From NCBI RefSeq assembly GCF_006345805.1, contig NC_043001.1, positions 106,330,001 through 106,394,000 of the forward strand: a stretch of 64,000 bases of DNA. The letters run 5' to 3'. This stretch comes from Octopus sinensis (Eukaryota). Both the position numbers and the translations under genes were made by a program. Shown here piece by piece: positions 37,180 to 50,495 of the stretch; the stretch's first letter is position 1, and every line of letters begins with the position of its first letter. The notes under the pieces are model-generated. The model made no database searches, was not told the DNA's origin, and saw only the letters and a program-made list of their open reading frames with translations.

Positions 37180-38030
37180 TAGCTGACCAGGGTGAAGCCT
37201 CCCCACCCGGTACGTCCGAAACCGCCCACATCAGGGACAATGATCTGGCCTCGAACGGTCGTTATGTCACAACAGATCACATACACGGTGTGCGCAAAAG
37301 CAGGCATAAGTAGAGGAGGGAAGAGTACGATACACGTATTGGATGTCATAAATGAGCAAAGCTGGAAAGAAGTAGCTGAGTGGGTCGACGTACCTTGAAA
37401 GTTTGGATGAAAAAGGACATATGTCCAACGTCAGAAAATAAAATGATGAATCAAGTGAGAGTGATTAAGAGAAAGGTTTGCATAACTGGAGTAGAAATGT
37501 CTTGGATTCGTGAGAGTCTGAGAGACCCTGCGGATGGGCTACAAAGGATGATGGGAGTTGAAAACAGAGAGGTAGGATTTGAAAGCAAGGAGAAAATCAG
37601 ACAGGAGGGACAGAGGAATAGTGATGGGGCTGTTAAGGATGAGGAACAGGAACGTTATACAATGAACTACGAGAAATGTAACGTGTTTTCTGAAGAGAAT
37701 GTGGTGGGGTGGAAAACTGAGCTGACATCCTATGGGAAAAGCTTGAGCCATCCGAGCATCAGGAGAGGGGTCTTCCAGGGTGATAGCTTATCTCGGTACT
37801 TTTCGTTCTGTACATGATCCCTTTGAACTTGGTACTTAGGAAAATGAACCTGGGATATCAGCAAAAGGGAAAATCTCAAACAATCAACCACTTCCTGGTC
37901 GTTAATGATTTGAAGCTGTATAACAAGGGTAAGACACAAGTGAGTTCTTTGATGAACAGGGTCCACAACTTTAGTGCTTATATGTGAATGGAATTCGGAC
38001 TGAAGTAGTGTGTAATAAAGTCCAAACATT
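37180..38030 (+). mobile_element. R4/Dong-type LINE: N-terminal domain joined by deletion to RT core
   Basis: RHK*RREEY..KVWMKK..SENKMMNQVRVIKRK, then RRGVFQGDSLS.(frameshift)LFVLYMIPLNLVLRK..INHFLVVNDLKLY..MEFGLK*C. Confidence 0.8.
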
Positions 38031-38682
38031 TCGTTTACTTTCTGCTAGAATATGTATCACTGTCAAACACTTTCGACAGAAGTTTCGCAACGTTTTATGC
38101 ATTAGTATATTTCATATCATTGTATAACCTAGGCACCATACAACCTAACTCATTTTTGTTCTCTTTTACGCAGTTATACCTTAACCAGTATCGTAGAACG
38201 TCATTAGATGAAAAATATATTGGAGAACATTGGAATATCTTCCAATCTGCAAATGATAATCAAATGGAAATTACACTGTAGGTGCTGAAAGAATTTGCAA
38301 AAACAATATTCGTAAATAGACAAATTAAGAACATACGTCAAACTAGACATAGGAATAAATATTACATTTACAGTACAACTAGACTTGCGAATTTTATGCA
38401 AATCTATAGTGAAAGCATAAATACAAGTTTAAATAGAAAGCTGACACTTTAAATTAATACTTAACGCAGACATAAATACAAAATTAATTAACGTAATAAC
38501 AATCAACAGTGATTCCGTGATAACGTTATGTTACTGATATCACTTGATCATTTGATTAAGCAGACTACATCACTGATCACAATGAGCTTTTTATCATTTT
38601 TAACTTTCGAGTAATGCCCACTGCTGACTAGGCGAACATGCCAACAAACCCTGATTGAAAGGTTAGTCCGTTGCAGCATTAC

Positions 38683-38920
38683 GTATTTCTTTACTATCCT
38701 CAAGGGGCTAAACACAGAGGGGACAAACAAGGACAAACAAACGGATTAAGTCGATTATATCGACTCCAGTGCGTAACTGGTACTTATTTAATCGACCCCG
38801 AAAGGATGAAAGGCAAAGTAGACCTCGACGGAATTTGAACCCAGAACGTAACGGCAGACGAAATACCGCAAAGCATTTCGCCCGGCGTGCTAACGTTTCT
38901 GCCAGCTCGCCGCCTTCGTA
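38683..38920 (-). mobile_element. SINE-A (tail 1); 10-bp TSD
   Basis: GCAGCATTAC at 38673-38682 and 38921-38930. Confidence 0.92.
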
Positions 38921-40019
38921 GCAGCATTACCATTTTACAGCTGAATGTACTGGAGCAACGTGAAATAAAGTGTTTCGCTCAAGAACACAACTCTCATGAC
39001 TGTTAATGCAACACACGTAAATGCTGCGCCACTTGCCTTCGCATATTGTTAATATCAGTTTCTTAATTAGATTCTAAAGGAAATAGAAAGATTACACAAA
39101 ACCATACAAAAGAGAACACACTGTGAAGCTGTACCGGACGACACTCGGTAATGAAGCACACCCAAGGAAACGGCACGACGATCCAAGAATTAAAACCATT
39201 CTGCATATTCCCTCAATCTTCTCTTTTTTTTTATTCTTACAGAACCAATTCGTGTCATACAAGCTCCGATGTCTTTCTGGCTTTATATTTAGTCTTAAAG
39301 ACAAAACCAGCACATCGTTCCTCAAATCAGCAAGGGTTTCTTCTAATTGCGCTCTCCGGACCCAGTGGGAACCCCTCCACTACTTTATTATTATATATGT
39401 AATTTATTCATTTGTGCAAAACGGAATGGTATTCTCCTTCTTGTTCACCCTACACTTAAATCACAATATTCATTATTCTTTCCTTCCGGTGATAATTCCT
39501 TTGCCGTGCCTCTGCTGGTTGACAATACTGACAGAAGCTGTACTATTATTTCGTTTTAAAGTGTTTTAAAGTATTTATTATTTATCACCATTTTCACCTG
39601 TATTTGCCAAAGTGTAAATACCTATGTTTACAAATGTATCCCTTTTTAGTTTCATTTAGCTAGTCAGATCGTGTTTTAATTGGTTTCGTTTTGGAGGCCA
39701 TATTCTTCGTTGCTGCCCTTATGAATTGTGTATCATCCTACTTCTAGGGAATTTACCTCTTGAATTTCTAAAGGCAATGTATCAGAAAATTATAACATAG
39801 AAATATCTTATCTATTCAACCTACGGGCGTTCAAACTTGCAAAATGTTTTTGTTTTGTTTTTTATTTTATTTTATTTTACTTATTTGTTTGTTTGTTGTT
39901 TGTCATGAACTGCACGTGCTCTATCTTGCGATTCTGTTCATCTGAAGCATCCAACCACAATAGAAATAACACTGGCCAGGAGCGGCAGCAGTAACACCAG
40001 CAGCAGCAATATTAGTAGC

Positions 40020-40034
40020 AACAGTAGTAGCAAC

Positions 40035-40104
<70 letters not shown>

Positions 40105-40265
40105 AGGGAGCGGATAGATAGGAGACAGAGGAGAGTAGGCAAAGAGGCGGAGGAGGGGGAGGAGGAGAAGGAGGAGGAGAAGGAAGAGGAGCAGGAGGGG
40201 AGGAGGAAGAGGAGGGGGAAGAGGGGGAATGATGACGAAAGACGAAGGCGGAGGTGAAGGAAGAC
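40020..40265. repeat. (GTA)n followed by a GGA/GAA-rich tract
   Basis: Direct inspection. Confidence 0.9.
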
Positions 40266-40999
40266 GAAGAAGTATTGGATGAGGATAAGATGAAAAGTGA
40301 GGGGCATCGATTTGATTTCCATGTGTGAGAGAATTATATGTTTGTACGTTCTTCGTAGGGTAACTCTCTTGAAAAATTGTAAACACCGAATTTCAGGAAC
40401 ATTTATTATAGTAAAACTACAATCGGGAATTTCTAGGATTATATTCTATTTCCCTGGAATCCCCAACTGTATTGAGAACCTAATCATGAATTGCAAGCTT
40501 CTTTTAAATGCCCTGATGATTCAGTAAACCGTCTTTTACGATATTTGATTATTTCCCTCAAAGATGTTTTCTCACGAGCCAATAGGGTTGAAACACAGGA
40601 AAGACCTTAAAAAAAAAAGCAGCCGAATGAAAATATATTTCTTTATAAAACGAAGACATTAAAATTATTCAGTAAATAGTATTACGTTTAACTGCTATTG
40701 AACGCATTCTTTACCGGGAAAGATACACCAGTATTTGGGGTAGAGATTTGGTTTTACACCAGAATCGATCTTATCGATATTATTTTGAGAACATTATCGA
40801 TGTTTCTATATATCAGAGGTTATCAGAGGTTATCAACTGTTTTTTATTTACTAGTGGACACCTCGCGTTCCTATTTTACGCTAATGGACCCTCATAGCTA
40901 TTCTATGTTTTGAAAAAAAAATTATATATCAGAACAGCCATGTTATGTTGGCAAAAATCTTTACTCCAAAGTACTGTTGATAAATATCTCTCGTTGTGA

Positions 41000-41540
41000 G
41001 GTTTACAAACAGTAATTTCCATGTTGCTCTTGTTCTATTCTGACGTCTTCTGCCTGTTGGCTCAGCCCGAGGAATCCGTCTTGTGATTCTCTCCTGCGAC
41101 ATTTTAGTCACCTGTCGGTATTAACGTAATCTTTGTCCTCTCATTGCGAAGAAATAGCGGCTCCACGTAGAGAGATTCTCTAATCTCAGAGCTACACATC
41201 CTGTCAAGTAACGTTACCCCAGAGACCCTTCAGTGGAACCCCATTTTAGCCACTTGTTTTCACGGTCTATTCCTTCGGACATTACCCAACAATCATGAAT
41301 TCATAACCATCGGTCAGGAGAGACGCAAAACCCGAACTAAAGATATAGCAAGTTAGGCTTTTTTGCCAGTTTCTTTTCTTTTGTGAGACACAATTCTCGA
41401 GCAGGCGCATTACTGTGCCACTTCCTGCATTTCTCATATCAAATTTACCTCCTGATTCTCCTCACTCGGGAATACGACCCCAAGATGCTTAAAACTCTCC
41501 ACATATTTCAGTGATCTTCCCATTAATATCTGGAGTACAC
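41000..41540 (-). mobile_element. RTE-clade LINE C-terminal fragment, decayed
   Basis: SLKYVESFKHLGVVF; QVAKMGFH*RVSGVTLLDRMCSSEIRESLYVEPL; ERITRRI..PTGRRRQNRTRATW. Confidence 0.8.
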
Positions 41541-42429
41541 TAGGATGAGGGGTTTTTTCAGTGTTTGGGGATTTATCAACTGAAAATGTATTGAACTCGT
41601 AGAAATAAATTCTCTGAATTCAAAGATGTTTTCGAAACAAAAGACATAATCTACAGTATTAACTGATGAAACGAGTTATTGCTAAATTTGGTAAAGATAT
41701 TAATTCCGAGGGTTGTATTATGAATCTAAACTTCATTTTTCTAATTGTGATTTTATTTACTTAAACGTAACCTGAAGTTATAATGAAGATAATTTTCCTA
41801 ATTATACTTGTAAGGACTATGGCAAGTTTGGAGATACATTCCAAGTGAGAATCGAACTAGATTCTGTTGTTACGAATGTGGGTAATGTCTACATCTATGT
41901 ACAGTGTAATGAAACTTGGTGAAATAATTCCTTCAGCAGAAAATATTTCTGTTATAGAAAATTGAAGTATTAGAATGTCTTGAAAAAGGTGAGAACAATT
42001 CATATTTCATTTTGTAGATCTTCGGCAAAAATATAATTGCTTGAGTCAACGTTTAAGAAGAACATCATCACGAATTGTAATCAATCACCAATATTCATAA
42101 ATGGAACAGATTATGCGTAATGTTAGAATACTTCTTGTTTCTTAAAGCTGTGTAGCAAAATGTGCGATCGATATCAAAAGAACTCGATTTTCAAACACTG
42201 TGTTTAATGGTTTTTCATTCCGATGCATTATCGGTGGAGAATATTAAAACTAAATTGAAAAACTTTGTCCAAAGATGCAATCTTGATATCTGTCAAAGGC
42301 ATATGTACTTATGTTTTAGAAGAATAGAACCGACGAAATCACTCAACGTTCATCTTGCTGAGAGAATTTACAGCAAAACGAAGTCGAAGAACAGAGTAAC
42401 AAATTTATTTGAATAATTTTTTTTTGTCT

Positions 42430-42740
42430 TTTACTTGTTTCAGTCACTAGACTGCGCCCATGCTGCAGCATCACCTTGATGAATTTTAGTAGAACGAATC
42501 GATTTCAGTGCATTTGTTTAAGCTTGGTACTTATTCTATCGATCATTTTGCCGAACTGCTACGTTACGGAAGCGTAAACACACCGACACAGGTTGTCAAG
42601 CGGAGACAAACACACACACACACGGGCGCTTTAGCTTGAGGCTGTAGTGGAAGGCACTTGCTCAGGGTGCCACCCAGTGACACTGAAACTGGAACAATGT
42701 GGTGTGGTAGCAAACTTCTTAGTACAACCTCATACTTGCA
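42430..42740 (-). mobile_element. SINE-B, degenerate
   Basis: ttttacttgtttcagtca..ttgccgaactgct..ggttgtcaagc..cacttgctcagggtgccac..ggaacaatgtgg. Confidence 0.75.
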
Positions 42741-42889
42741 CCTAAACGATGAAATATATAAAGCTTCTTAATTTGGGATGCACTTAATATATTCTTCATT
42801 CTACCATTCTAAACTGTACAATATTGCAAAGAATCGGCATGAAAAATGTTTTTTCACTTTGTTGTTTTGTTTGTTTGTTCCTTCTCAAG

Positions 42890-43173
42890 CAATGTCTGGC
42901 TCATAGGGCCGGTTTCCCGGTTTCCTTGGCGTATAGCTTCCCCAACTGGACGGGACGCCGGTCCGTCAAAGGTGAGCTGCAAGATGCAGGAGGAAAGAGT
43001 GAGAGAAAGTTGTGGCGAAAGAGCCAGCAGAAGTTCGCCATTACCTTCTGTCGGAGTTGCGTGGAGCTTAGGTGTTTTGCTCATAAACACACACATCGCC
43101 CGGTCTTAGATTCGAACCCGCGATCCCTCGACCGCGAGTCCGCTGCTGTAATCGCTAGGCCATGTGCCTCCAC
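42890..43173 (-). mobile_element. tRNA-derived SINE with a V-domain-like segment
   Basis: Head ATGGCCTAGCGATT..GGGTTCGAATC; GACCGGCGTCCCGTCCAG resembles the V-SINE core (recall); tail GAAACCGGGAAACCGGCCCTATGAGCC. Confidence 0.7.
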
Positions 43174-44589
43174 TTTTCCCTTTGTTACAAGAATCATTTA
43201 GCTTTCATTCTGAATCTGGAACTATTATATTTGAAACGCCGTTTCTAGTAGGAAAAGAACAACCACACTACAGATACTGCCCTTAGAAAAATTGTTTTCA
43301 ACTACCAAGAAATCATCCAAACGTTTTACGCTCCGAATCACATTGTGAAATGGATGAAAATCCTGGAAATTACTGGCCGTAAAGCTTCTAAGTTTCAGCT
43401 TTTTCAGTGCTTTACACCTTTCTCTCAGAATTTTCATGCTCGTCCTTTACCTTTTATAATTCTACCGTCAGTACTTCTCTAACATCTTCTGAATCAGAGA
43501 GGCCTTTTTGTGTGGTATGCTTCTTTAGTACAAAATTGTGATCAAATATTAATGACAAATTTAACTATCACTTGTTTTCATGAATTTTAGTTTTCTAAGT
43601 AAACTGTTTTGTTCTTTTTTTATGAATGTATATATTCCTAGGTTCATAAATCTTGACATATACAAAATTTTAAATCATTAAGAGGGTTTAAAAGAAGGTG
43701 AAAGTAATACTTGGCGTGTATTCGCGAGCAATTACAGAAGTTTTCCAATGCTCCCGACTTCCCGGGATGATGTGCTCCAGGAAATTGTCAGGGGTTTCTT
43801 TTTAGATAAAGATTTTTGGTTCTCCTAATTACTTCATGCAGTTGGAGTGAACATATAGCCATGAATTCCCTACCGCCTTCTAAATGTAAGCCAGTACAAA
43901 AGATAACCAATACACTATCGGTAATAATTATATGAAGAAAGTACATGGTATCAGTAAGCCATGGATATTGATTGTACGAAAGATAGTAAGACATTTATCA
44001 CTGCAGCGACAACATTCTCTCATGAAATTTGAATAAATTTCAGAAAAGTAAAATGATAACCTATGTCAGCAGCAAGTACGGAGATATTTATTGTGTATAA
44101 TGCAATACTAAACCAAGTTCAGGAGACATGGTTTACATGGTCATTACTTATGCAAGTAGACGACACTGAACGTACAAAAACATTATTATTCATGTCAAGC
44201 TCGAATTGAACGAGGCAGACCAAGTCACAACATTCTCCATGAAGTGGATTGTTATGACTACCAGATCTAGTGAAAGAAATGCTAGAACTATGTGGTGTAT
44301 CTGTAGAAGACAACGATTGAGTGACAGGCTATCGCATAGCATATCCTAAATCCGATTTGAAATCATTTTCAAACCCTGGATTCACTATAGTACATAAATA
44401 ACAGTCTGTAGATTGCTAATTTCTCGTCTAGCGTCACAGGTCCTATAGACAATTGAAGTACCAGTGAAATGGGCGGATTTCTCAGACCAAAATTCATAAA
44501 GTGGTGTTTGTTCTGCGAAGTGGGAAGAAATCCAACGATAAAGTATTTTATTTCTTCCATATTGGTCGATGCTCTCAAATATGACTGTA

Positions 44590-44735
44590 CTTTATTTTAT
44601 CGACCTTGAAAATATGAGAGGAGAAAATTTAAACTCAACGTGATTTCAGCTCAGAACATAAGGAACCAGAAGACATACAGGCTATTAGCCATTTGTTCCG
44701 ATGCTCTAACTATTCTGCCAATCTCCAAACGTTAG
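44590..44735 (-). mobile_element. Degenerate SINE-A-related copy
   Basis: tactttattttatcgacc..gatttcagctcagaac..tgctctaactattctgccaa. Confidence 0.5.
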
Positions 44736-46348
44736 TCAACTTACAAATCATGGCAATTTATTCTCTAAGCATTTCTAATAACGGCTTCTGACCAAACAAC
44801 GTTTTAAGTAAAGACGATACCTAAACTTTAATGAATACAAATTAATTATATTAAAGTCATTATCACTTCTGTTGACGTCTTTAACATACTTTAAAAGCCA
44901 TTCAATATATTAATCTTATAATTATTTATGTTCAATTAACTACAGAGAAACCATAGTTTATTTAAGTATTATGTGTTATATGATTGTTGATACTTCTATC
45001 ATCAACAACAAAGGAAAACCATAAGTAATTATTGATATCTCCTTGTTTATGATCAACACTTATTTAACACAGACATAATGAGATCTTAAGTACATTGTAT
45101 TCCGGAAGTAAACTAATTGATATTTTCTGTAAACGGCAAATGAAGATAATTTCAAACACTTTTTTCCTAATTAATATTAACTTTCAACAATTAAGAATAT
45201 TGTTTGTTTCTTCTTTGTTATCGAAAACATAGATACAAATTTATTCGCGAAGTTGTCCCGTTTCGTTATGTACTGACTTCAAATTGCACAGCAGGCAGCT
45301 GAGTCTTGCATCGTTTCGGGGTCCAAATAAAATGAAACACCAGTACAAGGTGCTGGTTAAGACGTTTTTAGACCATTGAGGTGTCTGTTCCATCTCTTTG
45401 TTTTATGAGCACACAGACGCATTTGGCAAAGTTGACTGTAAAAACTAATCGTTAGAATGGTGTCTTGTTAAAGTACCTTACGGAAGGTAACGAGAAGCCA
45501 CGGAGATCCATGTCAAACGATGCTCGCTACGTAAAGAAGACGCCGGAGGTTGTTCATAGACCAGAACACATAAGAGTTATTTGCTGCAAAATCCAGTCTG
45601 TATGATATATAAATCGCATGGCGTCTACAACTATTAAGTATTTTCAATATTGTGTCACAAAAAATTAATATTTTACATTTTATGCGCCACACTTCTCTCG
45701 GGAAGTTCGATCGATTCTCATTCGTTAGACCACACAATGCGGAAACACTCATCTATTTTTATTTTGTTCCCACTTTGTGTGTATTGCAGACGATAGTTAT
45801 CAACTGTCTGAATCGATTCATGCACATACATTGAGATACTTATATATTTTATAACTAAAGAACGTTTTAGTGGGAGTAGGGTTAATTCAAAATGGATGTC
45901 CGCGTTCTAATAGCCGTATAGGTTTTCTTAATACGAAATACTCGAAGAGTGACAATTTCTTCACATGTAATATATTCCGGTAAAACAACTTCATTTGCAA
46001 CATAGGAGAAGAATCTCGAAATTTAACTTAAAATGAATGTATAGCTAAAATAAAACCCTTTTCTGTAAAATTTAAATATATTAAAATTATTCTTCTAATA
46101 TTATACACACCGTATGAGAATTCTCTTGTTCTAAAGATTAATAAATATACAGATGACCTGAAAGAAGATAAAACTGAAATATATTGTTCGCATAAAAGTA
46201 CTTTATATATATATGTATGATAAATTCATGGTTTCATACTTTATTTAAGTATACTGTCATAGCATTCTGCTTACAACCACAGAATCGTGCATTTCCTTTT
46301 CAAAATCATGTCATCTTTCAATAAGTCTTGTAAAATAAGACTGACTTC

Positions 46349-46751
46349 ATATCCTTTTCTTCTCTAGGTACAAGGTCCGAATTTTGGGGGGAGGAGACTG
46401 TCGATTAGATCGATCCCAGTACGCAACTGGTACTAAATTTATAGACCCCGAAAGGGGATAAAAGATGAAGTCAACCTCGGCGAAATTTGAACTCAGAACG
46501 TAGCGACAGAAGAAATACCTATTTCTTTACTACCCACAAGAGGCTAAACATAGAGAGGACATACAAGGATAGACAAACGGATTAAGTCGATTATATCTAC
46601 CCCATTGCGTAACTGGTACTTATTTAATCGACCCCGAAAGGATAAAAGACAAAGTCAACCTCGGCGGAATTTGAACTCAGAACGTAACGGCAGACGAAAT
46701 ACCGCCTAGCATTTCGCCCGGCGTGCTAACGATTCTGCCAGCTCGACGCCT
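46349..46751 (-). mobile_element. SINE-A mixed dimer: head, body, tail 1, then body, tail 2
   Basis: Junction tail1|GGTATTTC at 46514-46519. Possible 8-bp TSD CTTCATAT at 46345 and 46760. Confidence 0.88.
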
Positions 46752-49086
46752 AACAGCCGCTTCATATTGCAATAATGCAGCTTATTCGCCGGCAAATAAG
46801 GCGAGTCAGATTTAAATTCAGGTTCCAAAAGTTTTAATTAATTACCATTTACATTTAATTAACACATGTGAATGGTAAAATATAAATATTAATTACAAGT
46901 ATCAGTATCGATGACATGGATATATCGAACTCTTGTGTTTAACTCTAAAAATGCCCAAACTAGAATGTATATATTTCAATTTAGAAACGTTGTTGATTTT
47001 AGTAGATTCTTGAAACGTCCTATTAATATTTATTTGAACAAATAATATTTCATTTTTTCCGTAATGTTATGTAAATACAGTGACCAAAACAATTGATAAG
47101 CACACTGCGAGAGGATATGAGTTGCGGGAATTGTTATCTTGTCTGAGAAGCCAAAGAAAAACTGCCTGAAGCTAGTTTTATGGAAGTATATCAGAAACCA
47201 GAATGGAAGTATACGGAACTTGAAAAGGACACCACTCTGAAAATGTTCTGAAATAAAGATTGTTTATTTTGTATTAAAATTTCAAATTTAAATTCAAAAT
47301 ATCTTTTTATGTTGTATGCATAGTTCATTGTATTAATGTAACTGCAGGTGAATGAAATATTTTTACCGTTAATATAAATTTACTTATATACATACGCACA
47401 TATGTGCTAAGACTCATAAGTAAACATGTACCTGTGTATGTAAATGTGTGTATGACATTAGGAGTAACGTACAATTAAGAAAAATCTTACGAAAGGACCA
47501 TTCTTAAGAATCTGTAGCTATATACATTTGAATTTTTCCTTCCCACGTTTAATTTCCTCCCCCACATTTTTTTCCTCCTCGTTGTACTACAATGCCAGAC
47601 TACAAATCTTTTCTCCTCACTTTTCACAACCGCCTAAAACCGCATACTTCCTTCCTACTGCTTTCAGCCTTCCATTAACCTTTGTTTACTCATTTTCATA
47701 AAAACTCACTTTAAAGACTTTTTCAATTCCCGAGCGTTTGTTTTCTACACCACCTGTCTTCGTCTTTTGTTTTTTTCGTGAATTCTTCCCCTATGTACAT
47801 TTGGTAGATGGATTCTAGAACCAATATATACAAAACTCTTATAACGATAAAGAAAGTGATATCTGTGTTATGAAAACCTAAGCGTTCAGTGATTGAACGA
47901 TCTTCTTTTTAGTGCTAAGCTGGGGAAAAGCAGTGTCTGTTGTCGCTTTAACCTTAAGTCAACTTTCATAATACCAAGTCATCCAGTTTTTCTAGTGCTA
48001 TCTAAGAATATATTATGCCACGTGTAATTCCATGTTCATACATCCAATGTAAAATTTAGATAAATATGGCTACGATTTTACAAGCTACAATATAATATAG
48101 ATTTTAAAATATAACACTAGTAATATAAGCGTAGGGTCAAATTCTTGATTTTAATAAATCGTTTGAGAGCGTGCAGTGTTATAGAAGGAAGCTAGCATTT
48201 TAAACAATTGCTGAAGGCACGATATACATTTAGTTGTTTAAATAGAGCTTCACCAAATATTTACATTACTCTCAGTGTAAGTGCACGGTAGAGTTTGTTT
48301 ATGTCTTCAGGCTTACACAGTGTCAGTCGACTAAACTAGATGTAACACTCATTCAACAAATTCTCGTTAAGAATAAATATAGCAAAACCTGATTGTTAAC
48401 CCTAGAAATTCTATCTAAATCACAAGTAGTCACGCATCTATTACAATCACAACTTTTATAGCACATGTATTTTATTTACTGAACAAAATTTATTTCCAAT
48501 ATATACTGATGCTAAATCGATATTCCAAATATATTCTGAGGATTTATCATAAAATGCTCTCCACATTCCAAACATGTTACTAATTCATGTAAAATGTCCA
48601 GTGATAAATTAAATTTTTCCTTTTAACTCTTGTTAAGATACGTTCATTGTTGGCGTTTATTATCTCCTTTTTTTTTGTTTTTACACGAGATTCTTTCTTT
48701 CGTGAATGAATTACAAATATTATTTGATCATTACCAATTCCATTAATTTTCCTTAGCACTTACTTTTAGATCTGTAATAATACACTTATTGTTTCTCTGA
48801 TGCTTCAAACAAAATTGTTATTCAAGATATGCCAACGTAACTTTCATTTCAGGTTAAGCTGACGATGTAGTTTATGATTTATTTTTCCATGATGGCGTCC
48901 CTCCGGTTATTTGCTGTTGTCAGGTTTATGACTATTTATGGCTGATGATAATCATGACCAACGTCATCATCATTATCACCAGTGTTTGTGTTATTGTTGT
49001 TGTTGCTGCTGTTATTGTCGGTATTGATTTTTAGTTCTGATGAAAATATGGCATTTCTTTTTGAAAGTATTTCACTGTACACTTAC

Positions 49087-49129
49087 CTTGTCTTATAAAA
49101 AGAATACATGATACTATTATTGTTTCGAG
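49087..49129 (-). other. Candidate 43-nt host exon (unverified)
   Basis: Acceptor TTTCATATTTTTCATAG and consensus donor AAG|GTAAGT; two of three frames are open. Confidence 0.25.
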
Positions 49130-49244
49130 CTATGAAAAATATGAAATATTTATGTTCAGATATTAAATCACTTAATCCTTTTGCCTAACCGAGTTGTCAT
49201 TGGAAATTCATGGACAAAAATACATTTGGCACGAAGGCAAAAGC

Positions 49245-49285
49245 AAAGTGTTTGTGTGTATGTGTATGTGTGTGTATCTACATAC

Positions 49286-49367
<82 letters not shown>

Positions 49368-49392
49368 CAAATACACACACACACAAACATAG

Positions 49393-49442
<50 letters not shown>

Positions 49443-49471
49443 CAAATACACACACACACACAAACATAGAC

Positions 49472-49518
<47 letters not shown>

Positions 49519-49545
49519 CAAATACACACACACACAAACATAGAC

Positions 49546-49588
<43 letters not shown>

Positions 49589-49650
49589 AATACATACATA
49601 CAAATACACACACACACACACCCAAACATAGACACATACATATATATATG
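49245..49650. repeat. Compound microsatellite with a higher-order unit
   Basis: caaatacacacacacacaaacatagacacatac(ata..)(ta)n repeated three to four times after (CT)n(AT)n. Confidence 0.9.
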
Positions 49651-50324
49651 TGTGTGATGTCTGAAACGTGTAAAATTTTTTCAATTTTTTAATAGCCACA
49701 TAATTTATCTAAACTTCGATAATTTCCAAACTAATATTAAGTTGCTGTTTGTATTTAGTTGCAGTTGTTTCAGGATATTTCTGTTAATATCGTTTGACCA
49801 TTTGAAACTTTCTGTTCACGTATTATTAGAAATGATAAATATTTTTTATGACAAATCAATTTCAATTTTGTTTTAATTCAAAATTATAAGCAGAAAGGAT
49901 AAAGAATATATCGTTGATATATTGTTTTTATTAATGCTTCTTTATGTGTTACATCTTTATGAACTTTCTTCCTTGAAAACCATTAAATAACCTCGTTGGC
50001 GGAGGACCACTATATCGGCTGCCGACTCCCCAGTTCAAGTCTTGTCTCCATCATTATTCTTGTTTGTTCAGTCGCGGGAACTCAATTATCAATGGATAGA
50101 TCCCCCAACTTTTAAAAACTCCACAGCAAAGAACAGTTATTCTGCACCAAGCAACGGTGTTATTGGTAACTTCATGATTAAGTTTCTATTTTTACAAGCT
50201 ATTCACCATGGCTTTTGAGTCCATATTTAGAATGTTTACGGGCGCAGAATGTGAGAGATGCATATACATATATGTGAGAGAGAGAGAGAGAGAGGGGGGG
50301 GGTGCATAGGCTTGAGTCTATCCG

Positions 50325-50495
50325 TCACCGTTTCTAACCTGTGTTGTTTTGTTTACTTCCTCGTATCTTAGTGGTTCGGAAAAACGAAGTTTATAGAATC
50401 AGTGTTAGGTTTTAAGAAAATAAAGCTAAGCTCGATTTGATCGACTAAACTCCCTCAAAGCGGTGCCCCAGGATATCCGCAATTCGAGTAAAAGA
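50325..50495 (+). mobile_element. SINE-B 3' half, degenerate
   Basis: tgtttac..cttagtggttcggaaaa..gatttgatcgactaaa..gcggtgccccagga. Confidence 0.55.

Noticed and set aside
39123-39569. 148-aa ORF with an internal acceptor-like site
   Set aside because: No matching donor or recognisable domain.
41950-42080. pogo/Tigger-like HTH remnant (KIEVLECLEKGE..ESTFKKN)
   Set aside because: Too short and broken, and no TIRs found.
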